Positions 48,547 to 57,081 of a stretch of DNA of 64,000 bases are shown here, piece after piece (within the stretch, counting starts at the first letter, position 1; every line of letters starts with the position of its first letter). The notes under the pieces were generated by a model. The model was not told the DNA's origin. It searched no databases and worked only from the letters and a program-made list of their open reading frames with translations. A program made the translations under genes and the position numbers. This DNA is from an uncultured Acidimicrobiales bacterium. GTDB lineage: Bacteria; Actinomycetota; Acidimicrobiia; Acidimicrobiales; UBA10347. The stretch covers positions 1,495 to 65,494 of the forward strand of contig CAWUSE010000013.1 of NCBI GenBank assembly GCA_963925805.1. The letters are read 5' to 3'.

Positions 48547-49650
48547 TCAGCCGACGGATTTAGGGGTTACATCGATGATGCCGATACTGGGTCGCACCCC
48601 GAAGCGGACCTGAGGTGCGTCGCTACGTTCTAGGCCCACACCGGTTGAGACGTATACCGGGTAGTTCTCGACCAAACCAATGCCGCCGGCAGCTAGATCC
48701 CTGGGTATGTCGCTAAACGTGACTATGGGGCCAATGAACGGCAACGATAATTGTCCGCCGTGGGTGTGCCCGCTGACAATCAGGTTGACGTCGCTGCCAG
48801 GTGGAAGTTCAAATACGACGTCAGGACGGTGTGAAAGCACGATGGTTAGGGCATCGCTTGGCTGGCTGAGTTCGGCGAGGGTATCGAGGCGACTGTTCGT
48901 TGCGAAGGTGGTAACGCCAGCGAGTCGGATGGGCTGGTTGTTGATGGTTAGATTCACGATTTGGTTATCGACATACAACGCTCCTGCGGCGTCGGCGATG
49001 AGGATGAGTTCTGCTGGGCGGTCACTATCACCCGATACGACTGCGACGGCACCGACAGCTTTGACGAGTGCAGTTAGCAGTTCGATGAAGGCGGGGACCT
49101 CTGCCTGAATCTGATCGGGCTCTCCCTGGAAGAAGTCACCAGAGACAAGAACAATGTCGGGTTGCGCCTCGATCAGTGCTTCGACGGCGTTCCATTCGTG
49201 CTTCCCGACGTTCGGAGTCTGAAGATCAGAAAGGACGCCGATACGAACCGCCTGTTTGACCGGGGCAGAGACGGTGACGATGTCAACGGCGAGCCAGTTC
49301 GGTTCAATGTGTGTGCCCCAGACGCCGAGCAACGCAATCACGAGAGCGAGACCACCGCTCAATCGGAGTAGTCGCGTCCGTCGCCGCCTGAAGAAGGTGG
49401 CAACATACCAGCCGCCGAATATGACAGGGACACTGACAACAACCAGTAGGTAAAGCAGATGGAGGTAGCCGAACAGGCCAAGCGGGTGAATTTGGCTGAC
49501 GGCCACCGTCCCGCCACCAAGCGCGACCATGCCGACTACGAACGCCTTCTCGATTTCTCGGATAGATGAGGGTGGGCGAAAGTAGTTAGCCGCCAAAGTC
49601 GCTACCGCAGCGCTAACCGCGAGAAACAGAAGGATGCGGCTCAGACCCAT
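48547..49650 (-). CDS. membrane-anchored metallophosphoesterase (calcineurin-like)
   Basis: 367 aa. N-terminal hydrophobic helices are followed by phosphoesterase motifs VLVSGDFFQG and VSGHTHGGQ. Confidence 0.85.
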   Translation of the reverse strand: MGLSRILLFLAVSAAVATLAANYFRPPSSIREIEKAFVVGMVALGGGTVAVSQIHPLGLFGYLHLLYLLVVVSVPVIFGGWYVATFFRRRRTRLLRLSGGLALVIALLGVWGTHIEPNWLAVDIVTVSAPVKQAVRIGVLSDLQTPNVGKHEWNAVEALIEAQPDIVLVSGDFFQGEPDQIQAEVPAFIELLTALVKAVGAVAVVSGDSDRPAELILIADAAGALYVDNQIVNLTINNQPIRLAGVTTFATNSRLDTLAELSQPSDALTIVLSHRPDVVFELPPGSDVNLIVSGHTHGGQLSLPFIGPIVTFSDIPRDLAAGGIGLVENYPVYVSTGVGLERSDAPQVRFGVRPSIGIIDVTPKSVG

Positions 49651-49805
49651 GACTGGCCAGTGTGCCAGCTATGAGCTGTGACCTAGGCGCGTCGAACTCT
49701 GGGAGGTTGGCAATCCTTGCGGCGACAAGTCACCTGCGTCTCTGGGTCTGGGAAAATCGGTAACCGCGAGGTGGCTTCACTTCGAAGTGCCGCTCTACTA
49801 CTGAG

Positions 49806-50765
49806 ATGGAACATAGACGACTCGGAAAATCTGGCATCAAGGTCAGCGTGCTGTCATTTGGTAGCTGGGTCACCTTTGGTGATCAGCTTGATATCGACAA
49901 AGCCACCGAAAGCATGCAGGCCGCGTGGGACGGTGGTGTCACCTTCTTTGACAATGCCGAGGCATACGCCGGGGGCCAATCCGAAGTCATTATGGGCGAA
50001 GTCCTTCGTCGCATGGGCCTTGATCGCAAGACCTACACCATCTCGACAAAGCTTTACTGGGGCATCACTGATGGCCCCAATACCAAGAACACGTTGAACC
50101 GCAAGTACCTGCTCGAAGGCATCGACAGTTCACTCGAACGTCTTGGTCTTGACCATGTGGATCTCCTGTTCTGTCACCGTTCTGACCCGGAGACGCCAAT
50201 GGAAGAGGTCGTCTGGGCAATGAGCGACATAATCGCTCAGGGCAAGGCGCACTACTGGGGTACGTCCGAGTGGACCGGCGCCGAGTACACGGAAGCCTGC
50301 GATGTTGCGGCACGACTCAACCTGCGTGCGCCTGTTATGGAGCAACCGCAATACAACTTGTTCGAACGTCACAAGGTTGAGACTGACTACGCCGACATCT
50401 ATGACACCCACGGCATGGGCTTAACCACATGGAGCCCACTTGCGTCAGGTCTACTGACCGGCAAGTACAGCGATGGCATTCCCGAGGGAAGCCGTGGTTC
50501 GCTCTCCGATTACAGCTGGTTGCGAGATCGACTTACTGATGAGCAGGCGTTGGCCAAGGTCCGTGAACTCGGCCTTGTCGCCGATGAGCTAGGTGCATCG
50601 TTGGCGCAATTGTCCATTGCATGGTGTGCAGCGAATCCACGCGTTTCCACGGTTATTACCGGCGCTAGCCGTGTGGAACAGGTTCATCACAACATGGAAG
50701 CAGCAGACCTTATCCCCAGCATGACCCCCGAGGTCATGAACCGCATTTCAGCGATCTTCGGCTGA
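49806..50765 (+). CDS. aldo/keto reductase (Kv-beta-subunit-like subfamily)
   Basis: 319 aa. [47 protein letters not shown]. Confidence 0.9.
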   Translation: MEHRRLGKSGIKVSVLSFGSWVTFGDQLDIDKATESMQAAWDGGVTFFDNAEAYAGGQSEVIMGEVLRRMGLDRKTYTISTKLYWGITDGPNTKNTLNRKYLLEGIDSSLERLGLDHVDLLFCHRSDPETPMEEVVWAMSDIIAQGKAHYWGTSEWTGAEYTEACDVAARLNLRAPVMEQPQYNLFERHKVETDYADIYDTHGMGLTTWSPLASGLLTGKYSDGIPEGSRGSLSDYSWLRDRLTDEQALAKVRELGLVADELGASLAQLSIAWCAANPRVSTVITGASRVEQVHHNMEAADLIPSMTPEVMNRISAIFG

Positions 50766-51138
50766 GAGCTAGCGATAAGTCGTCGATGACAGCGTCGTCG
50801 ATGATGACCGATACCGAACCGGCCAGGAAACTCTGACCCAACGTGGGAGTGTCCTTAACCAAGCATGTCCATCAAGCTGGTGAGTGGCCTCAGGTGATGC
50901 TGATGTTGGACAGGTCATCTTCGGGCTTGGGAAAATCCATGGTGAAGCCATCGTTCTCACCGGTCTTTCACGAGGATGAGTCAGCGACGCTACCTGTCTC
51001 GACGCGACATTTCGACACGTCGAACCACATTGCGCGCTCAGCAGTACTCATGGTGCCATGCTGTCGCGTCTGGTGCGCAAATACAGGTTTGGCTGCCCAT
51101 ACGGCATGCATAGGGTGCAGCGCCCCTACGCTGCTGCC

Positions 51139-52497
51139 ATGGCGACAGGTGTCCGAGAACCCGTTGCAGCCGGAAGCCTGTATGCCGCAGACTCCCAAGA
51201 GCTGCGTACCGAGATAGATGCGTCAATCAACAGCGCACATAGCGAGTTCACCAGCCCGAAGCTGCTGATCGTTCCCGACCATGGTCTTGCTGCGGCCCCC
51301 CATGTCGCTGGAAACGGCATGATCATGCTTGAAAGCGAGCGGGACCATGTGAAACGAGTGATCATTATCAGTGATTACCGCCCCGGCATTGGTGGCCGTG
51401 AGATCCAAGGAATCGCCGTCCCGCGTGCTATCGCTTTTCGCACCCCACTTGGTGACTTGTTGACGGATCGCGTTGCCATCGACAGTCTGCATGGCCATCC
51501 GAGTGTGGTCACCAATGACCGCCCCTTCGAAAAAGACACCTCGATCGAAGTTCACCTGCCGCCGATCCAACGGCTACTTGGAGCGGTACGAATTATTCCG
51601 ATACTGGTCGGCGAAGCCTCGGTGGCTGAAGTCGTTGATGTCCTTGAACGGCTGTGGGGGTCTCGCGACACTCTGCTGGTGGTTAGTTCATCGTTCGGCT
51701 CTGGGACAGATCCCGAAGAGGTGGGTGAACAAGGAGAAGCAATACGAAGCGCGCTACTTCGAGGTGAGTTGGCCTCTCTCGCTCGCACCAATATGTCGGC
51801 TCCAAAGTCCTTGGCCGCGGCGATGACGATCGTTGGACGCCGGTCCATGGGTCTGCTCGAGCTGGCCAGTGACACTATTGAAGACCCCTATGGTGGCGAT
51901 GAAGTCTTCAATGTCGGTGCGCTTGCCGCGTGGGAGTCGACCGACATGGCACTCGCCGAGGCCGACGCCGAGCATCTGCGTGCGCTCGCCCGGGCTGCAG
52001 TCGAGTTGACGGTGCTCGGCGGCCGAGTCGAAGGCAGCAACATGGGCCGCGTTCCACCGGCTCTAGCGGCGCGACGCGCGTCGGTGGTCACGCTTCGACA
52101 CAACGGCCAGACACGAGGGTCAGCCGGCACGATCGAGGCGGACCGGGCCCTGGCCGGTTCCGTTGTGCGTAATGCTGCAGCCGCTTGCGCTGACCCGCGA
52201 CTTCCATCGATTCAACCCGCCGAACTCGCGGATCTACAGATGACGATTTCGATCGTCTCACCCATCGAACGGATCTTCCCCCAGACGCCGGACGAACTCA
52301 GTCAGATGCTCGAAGTTGGACGCCATGGCGTATTGGTTACGTCACCAGCGGGCCGTGCTGCCCAGCTACCGGCCATGTGGTCTCGGCTGCAGACCCATGA
52401 AGCATTCATAGGCATGGTTGCAAAGAAGGCACACGTCTCGACTCCTGATGGCATTAGCAGCGCAGCGTGGTATCGGTTCGAGACCATCGACTATTGA
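51139..52497 (+). CDS. fusion protein: Memo-like (AmmeMemoRadiSam protein B-like) N-domain plus AMMECR1 C-domain
   Basis: The start is set at the Met of MATGVREPVAAGSLYAADSQEL (Memo-type R-x-P-x-x-AG-x-Y N-terminus); the track ORF begins at 51058. The C-terminal ~190 aa resemble AMMECR1 (...RASVVTLRHNGQTRGSAGTIE...VLVTSPAGRAAQLPAMW...). Signature residues are substituted (see findings). Confidence 0.75.
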   Translation: MATGVREPVAAGSLYAADSQELRTEIDASINSAHSEFTSPKLLIVPDHGLAAAPHVAGNGMIMLESERDHVKRVIIISDYRPGIGGREIQGIAVPRAIAFRTPLGDLLTDRVAIDSLHGHPSVVTNDRPFEKDTSIEVHLPPIQRLLGAVRIIPILVGEASVAEVVDVLERLWGSRDTLLVVSSSFGSGTDPEEVGEQGEAIRSALLRGELASLARTNMSAPKSLAAAMTIVGRRSMGLLELASDTIEDPYGGDEVFNVGALAAWESTDMALAEADAEHLRALARAAVELTVLGGRVEGSNMGRVPPALAARRASVVTLRHNGQTRGSAGTIEADRALAGSVVRNAAAACADPRLPSIQPAELADLQMTISIVSPIERIFPQTPDELSQMLEVGRHGVLVTSPAGRAAQLPAMWSRLQTHEAFIGMVAKKAHVSTPDGISSAAWYRFETIDY

Positions 52498-54182
52498 TGG
52501 CCGAGCGCCCAAGGAGGCGATGGCATCCTGGGATGCTGGTCGTCCTATTCGCGCTGATTTCTCTCGGGTGCAGGTCTACGCCAATCGCCCGTGCTGGCAA
52601 TGAGGTTGTACTGATGGCCACCTCTGTGGCGTCAGAACCCTCGGCCTCGCCGCCAACCGTTTACCCTTCGCCAAACGAGGTCCGAGCAACCGAGCCAACA
52701 ACAACCTCGTCGGCAGCCAGAGCAACCGTCCTACCATCGCCGTTACCAGAGCCGACTCCGGCGGTCACGATTGCCGATCTATTGCTAATGTCTTCTTTGA
52801 GCGAGACCGAGTGCCCCGAAGACGTTCGTGCCGGCCGGGTGGCGTGCTCGATTGCGACACTGCCACGAGATGTGGATTCACACGAGCCTGGCGAGACCGT
52901 CGAGATCATGGTCGCTCTGGTCGACAACGGAGATCCAAACAATGTTGGTCCCGTGGTCTTCCTGCAAGGTGGCCCTGGTGTCGGCAGCGTCACTCAGGCC
53001 GATAATTTCGTCGGGGCAGATCACGATCTCCTCTTCGTTGACCAACGGGGCACCGGGTATTCGACTCCAACGTTGAAATGCCCTGAGGTCGATGTGCTGT
53101 GGGAAGGTCAGTACAGCGATGACCCAGCAGTCCGTTTACCCGATGGCGAGGTGTTCCTGAAGGCTGCTTACGCCGACTGTGGCCGACGGCTCACCGCTGA
53201 AGGAATCGATTTCAACCTGTTCAATACTCGGTCGGCTGCCGTGGACATCGAACTGTTGAGGCAGTTGTTCGGCTACGAAGAGTGGTCGATATGGGGGAGT
53301 AGCTACGGCACCCGGTTAGGTCTGACGATCATGCGAGACCATCCAGACGGGGTCCGAGCTGCGGTACTTGACTCGGTCGTGCCGTTCGAGGTTGACTTCT
53401 TCGCTGCCATCCCAGAGAACGGCATGCGGGCGATCGCTGCCCTCGACCAAGCATGCGATAACGCTCGATGCTCATCGGATCATGGCGACTTTATGAGCGT
53501 CCTGTCTGAACTGGTGCTTGAACTGAACAGGGAGCCTGTGGCGGTGATCGCAACGATGCCGATCACAGGGAAACAGTGGCCCTTTCGGGTTGGTGGTGAA
53601 CAACTCATCGACCTTGTATTCACCCAGCTCTACAGCACGCGCTCGCTTGGGGCTTTGCCCCGCCAGGTCTCTCGGGCGAGCTTCGGCGGGCTTGAAGAGA
53701 TGGTTGCAGCGTTCGTGAGTCGAAGAGAACCGACCCAATTCGACCTGTCGCTCGGGTTGTATTACACGACGTGGTGTCGCGAGGAGTTCCCGTTTTACGA
53801 CGAGTCCATCGACGATGATCTTCTCTCAGAGCTGGAGGAGCAGTTCGGAACTGCTGTCGCCGGCGCGTTGAGCAGCGATGGCATCGCGGCGTATTGTGAC
53901 ATCTTTGAGGTAACCCCTGCGCCAGCGGTAGAAAATCATCGGCTGGTGAGCCCGATCCACACACTCGTGTTTGCGGGTGCGTTCGATCCGATTACGCCGC
54001 CGGCGTGGTCCCTGCAGGTCGCTGACTCGCTGTCGAACTCGGTGTACGTCGAGATGTCGAACCATGGCCATGGCATGGCTACCGCGTGCCCCATGGCCAT
54101 AAGGCTGGCGTTCCTGATAAACCCGACAGCGGCACTGGACACATCCTGTGCGGACCAGGCTGGTGGCCCTGAGTTCGAATAG
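52497..54182 (+). CDS. secreted (probably lipoprotein) alpha/beta hydrolase, tripeptidyl-aminopeptidase / S33-like
   Basis: The start is set at ATG 52497, overlapping the upstream stop (TGATG). Signal MAERPRRRWHPGMLVVLFALISLGC has a lipobox-like SLGC. VVFLQGGPGVGS (GGPG) and nucleophile elbow GSSYGT. Confidence 0.8.
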   Translation: MAERPRRRWHPGMLVVLFALISLGCRSTPIARAGNEVVLMATSVASEPSASPPTVYPSPNEVRATEPTTTSSAARATVLPSPLPEPTPAVTIADLLLMSSLSETECPEDVRAGRVACSIATLPRDVDSHEPGETVEIMVALVDNGDPNNVGPVVFLQGGPGVGSVTQADNFVGADHDLLFVDQRGTGYSTPTLKCPEVDVLWEGQYSDDPAVRLPDGEVFLKAAYADCGRRLTAEGIDFNLFNTRSAAVDIELLRQLFGYEEWSIWGSSYGTRLGLTIMRDHPDGVRAAVLDSVVPFEVDFFAAIPENGMRAIAALDQACDNARCSSDHGDFMSVLSELVLELNREPVAVIATMPITGKQWPFRVGGEQLIDLVFTQLYSTRSLGALPRQVSRASFGGLEEMVAAFVSRREPTQFDLSLGLYYTTWCREEFPFYDESIDDDLLSELEEQFGTAVAGALSSDGIAAYCDIFEVTPAPAVENHRLVSPIHTLVFAGAFDPITPPAWSLQVADSLSNSVYVEMSNHGHGMATACPMAIRLAFLINPTAALDTSCADQAGGPEFE

Positions 54183-54288
54183 GAGGTAGTTCGGGTTTCC
54201 AGTTCCCGAGCTAATGGCCCTTGCAGCTTCTCGGTAGCCGGGGGAACTTGCTTCGGAGCGCTCGGGCCGTAGATTTGGCGAACGCCGA

Positions 54289-54315
54289 CAGGATGAGCGA
54301 AGCGAATCTGGACTA
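54289..54315. repeat. 27-nt intergenic repeat containing the quasi-hairpin GGATGAGCGAAGCGAATCT
   Basis: CAGGATGAGCGAAGCGAATCTGGACTA is identical at 26 of 27 positions to 59189-59215. It ends 5 nt from the glpX stop codon, in a convergent gap. Confidence 0.85.
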
Positions 54316-54319
54316 TTCG

Positions 54320-55306
54320 TCAGCTTAAGTCGATGCCCGAGAACTCGTCGAGCTTGTCCAACTGATGCGATGCATTGATCTGGCGGACGGTGCCGGACCT
54401 AGATCGCATGACCAAAGACTGCGTCGTGGCACCATTTGCGTTGAAGCGGACCCCTTTGAGCAAGTCTCCTTCGGTGATCCCTGTCGCAGCGAAGAAACAG
54501 TTGTCGCCTGACACGAGATCATCGGTGTGAAGGACCTTGTTGAGGTCATATCCAAGTTCGATCGCTGCTTGTCGTTCGGCGTCGTCGCGGGCCCAGACAC
54601 GGCCTTGGATCTCGCCACCCATACATTTCAGCGCGGCCGCACTGATCACGCCTTCGGGCGTGCCACCGATGCCGATGAGCACGTCGACGTCAGCGTCAGG
54701 CCACGCGGTTGCGATCGCTCCGGCGACGTCACCATCGGGAATCAGTCGGATACGTGCGCCGGCTTCGCGGATTTCGGCGATAAGCGCTTCGTGGCGGGGC
54801 CTGTCCAGCACCACTGCCGTCAGATCGCGAATACGTTTGCTCTTAGCTTGAGCGATGTGGTGCAGGTTCTCGGTTACGGTCGCGTTCAGGTCAATCGCTC
54901 CGGCACATTCGGGCCCAACGGCAATCTTTTCCATGTACACGAATGGGCCGGGATCGAACATGGTGCCAGCATCAGAAACCGCTAATACTGCGAGTGCGTT
55001 GCCACGGCCATACGCCGTCAGGGTGGTGCCGTCGATCGGGTCGACCGCAACGTCCACGGTCGGTCCGGAGCCATTCCCGAGTCGTTCACCGTTGTACAAC
55101 ATTGGTGCTTCGTCTTTTTCGCCTTCGCCAATAATGACGGTGCCATCCATGGCGACGGTGGTCAGCATCAGGCGCATTGCCTCGACGGCGGCCCCGTCGG
55201 CGCTTTCTTTGTCTCCTCGTCCCATCCACCGGCTAGCGGCGAGTGCACCGCTCTCCGTCACTCGCACTAATTCGAGGGCGAGGTTTCTGTCTGGGCTATC
55301 ACTCAT
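54320..55306 (-). CDS. glpX: class II fructose-1,6-bisphosphatase
   Basis: 328 aa. [37 protein letters not shown] and the rest are typical GlpX. Confidence 0.95.
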   Translation of the reverse strand: MSDSPDRNLALELVRVTESGALAASRWMGRGDKESADGAAVEAMRLMLTTVAMDGTVIIGEGEKDEAPMLYNGERLGNGSGPTVDVAVDPIDGTTLTAYGRGNALAVLAVSDAGTMFDPGPFVYMEKIAVGPECAGAIDLNATVTENLHHIAQAKSKRIRDLTAVVLDRPRHEALIAEIREAGARIRLIPDGDVAGAIATAWPDADVDVLIGIGGTPEGVISAAALKCMGGEIQGRVWARDDAERQAAIELGYDLNKVLHTDDLVSGDNCFFAATGITEGDLLKGVRFNANGATTQSLVMRSRSGTVRQINASHQLDKLDEFSGIDLS

Positions 55307-55427
55307 ATGTGCTCCGCACGTTGACGTTGCCAGAGATCCTAATTGACAGCCTCAAGCTGAACATCACAAATGCACCCCTGATCGTGAGAAGGTTGCCCTT
55401 GACCCATTCTGTGGTCATGATTACGGG

Positions 55428-56261
55428 GTGACTTCGACGACAGATGACAACGACGGCCGCGTTTGGTGCTTCCAATGCGGCAATGAATACGACGAGGAAA
55501 TCACCGAATGCACCGAGTGCGGTGTTCCTACGACCTGCGATCCACCTATCGATGTGTCTTCGGTCGGTGATGTCGACGACGATCAGCTTGCGTATGAGTT
55601 CCACGAATGGACGGGGCAAGGCCGGTCGACGCTCGATGGCATGCTCACTCGAAGCGGGATCGATCACGCGTGGCAAGGGGCAACTCTGATCGTTAGAGAA
55701 GTCGACGAAGAAGCCGTCGACGAAGCTGTCGCACAGGCAGAAATTGTAGCGATGCCTACGTTGGACCTATCTCAGCCGACGATGGTCTACGAACTCGGCG
55801 AACTCGATGATGATCAGCACACTCGGTTGCTACGCCGACTGGGCGAGAACGGCCTGTCCCATGCGTTCGACAAAGACGGAGATCTTTTCGTCTACGAGAA
55901 AGACGAAGAAAAAATCGACGAGGTCTTCTCCGGGCTCGATGAAGCAGATCCTGATGAGCGCGAGTTTGGTCAAGGTGTTCCTGGTGTCGATCCCGTCAAC
56001 GTGATGTCAGACCTCTTCGTCGCAGCGGCCCGCCTTCGAAAGAATCCGAATGATGCCAAAGGAGTTGTAGCACTCGTCGAAGTCGCATCGATCATCGAGC
56101 AGATGACGCTTCCCTACGGTTTAGGTGCGGACGTATGGGGTTCGGTCGTAGATCAGTCGGCTGATCTCAGTGATGTACTGTCAGGCGACGACGACTCAGG
56201 CGATGTCACTATCGAAGAGATGTCGATACAGCTGCATGAATTTATGCGCAGGCTGGTCTGA
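55428..56261 (+). CDS. acidic protein with N-terminal zinc ribbon and two internal ~50-aa repeats (function unknown)
   Basis: 277 aa with a GTG start. CFQCGNEYDEEITECTECG (C-x2-C ... C-x2-C). Repeats: LAYEFHEWTGQGRSTLDGMLTRSGIDHAWQGATLIVREVDEEAVDEAV and MVYELGELDDDQHTRLLRRLGENGLSHAFDKDGDLFVYEKDEEKIDEVF. Confidence 0.6.
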   Translation: MTSTTDDNDGRVWCFQCGNEYDEEITECTECGVPTTCDPPIDVSSVGDVDDDQLAYEFHEWTGQGRSTLDGMLTRSGIDHAWQGATLIVREVDEEAVDEAVAQAEIVAMPTLDLSQPTMVYELGELDDDQHTRLLRRLGENGLSHAFDKDGDLFVYEKDEEKIDEVFSGLDEADPDEREFGQGVPGVDPVNVMSDLFVAAARLRKNPNDAKGVVALVEVASIIEQMTLPYGLGADVWGSVVDQSADLSDVLSGDDDSGDVTIEEMSIQLHEFMRRLV

Positions 56262-56354
56262 CTCCGCCGCTTTACTGACCCAGTAATAGTGCCCGGTGCC
56301 GCAGATGCATCGTCACCGGAACACGCTTACAGAAGACTAGCCTTCTGCGTTGTG

Positions 56355-57065
56355 ATGTTGGCCGAACTTGAGGTGTATCACTCTCGCCCGATTGCACCGA
56401 CGCGACGGGTAGCTATTGGCCGAACAATCTTGCCCGTCGAAGACTCGCCGGGGTTCGGTGGCCTGCTTCTCGGATCGATCGTGGCCAAGTACAGCCAGAG
56501 GATCGACTCTGAACTTCTCGAAGAGCTCGAGATCCTGAGCTATCAAGTCGAGCAAGGTCAACGGATTCCTCAGCCTCGGCTACGGCATCGGCTGCAGAAG
56601 GACCGGATTGGCCTAACCCGGTCGGTCCATCAACTGGAGCGGTTGCCGAACAACAAGCTGCACCTGAATTTCGAATCGCAACACAACGCGCCTACTCAGT
56701 ACGTACTTGCTGCGGTGTACTCGGCAGGCAGGCTCGATCCCGGCCCTCGCACCGACGTTATGAAAGTCATCCGTCGAGCAATTGGCTGGCAGGGCGATGC
56801 CGACAGTGACGACGTATTGCTTAGCCACTTGAGTAGCAGTTTTGAGCGCTATGCGCTGTCCTCGTCCAGTCAGGCCGACCCAGTTGCCTGGGCCCTCGAA
56901 GTCTTAGGGTTCAAGGCTGATGACGACGTCCCCGACTCTGACACTCTGCGTAAGAGGTTCCGCAATGCTTTGCGAGAAGCCCATCCCGATGTCGGTGGCG
57001 ACACCGACGAGGCCGCCCACCGTATTGCTGAACTGACCGAAGCCCGGCGTATTCTGCTGGCTTGA
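56355..57065 (+). CDS. J-domain-containing protein (C-terminal DnaJ domain, unknown N-domain)
   Basis: The C-terminus LRKRFRNALREAHPDVGGDTDEAAHRIAELTEARRILL carries the HPD tripeptide. The start is ambiguous between GTG 56289 in the track and ATG 56355 (MLAELEVYHSRPIAPTRR). Confidence 0.7.
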   Translation: MLAELEVYHSRPIAPTRRVAIGRTILPVEDSPGFGGLLLGSIVAKYSQRIDSELLEELEILSYQVEQGQRIPQPRLRHRLQKDRIGLTRSVHQLERLPNNKLHLNFESQHNAPTQYVLAAVYSAGRLDPGPRTDVMKVIRRAIGWQGDADSDDVLLSHLSSSFERYALSSSSQADPVAWALEVLGFKADDDVPDSDTLRKRFRNALREAHPDVGGDTDEAAHRIAELTEARRILLA

Positions 57066-57081
57066 CCGCGCAGAACCTAAG

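Noticed and set aside
56259-56291. In-frame TGA between the zinc-ribbon gene and the J-domain gene (same frame, no other stop for 27 nt)
   Set aside because: The interval is short, so a shared frame is unremarkable. There is no redox-type Cys context and no convincing downstream hairpin, and plausible independent starts exist (GTG 56289, ATG 56355).
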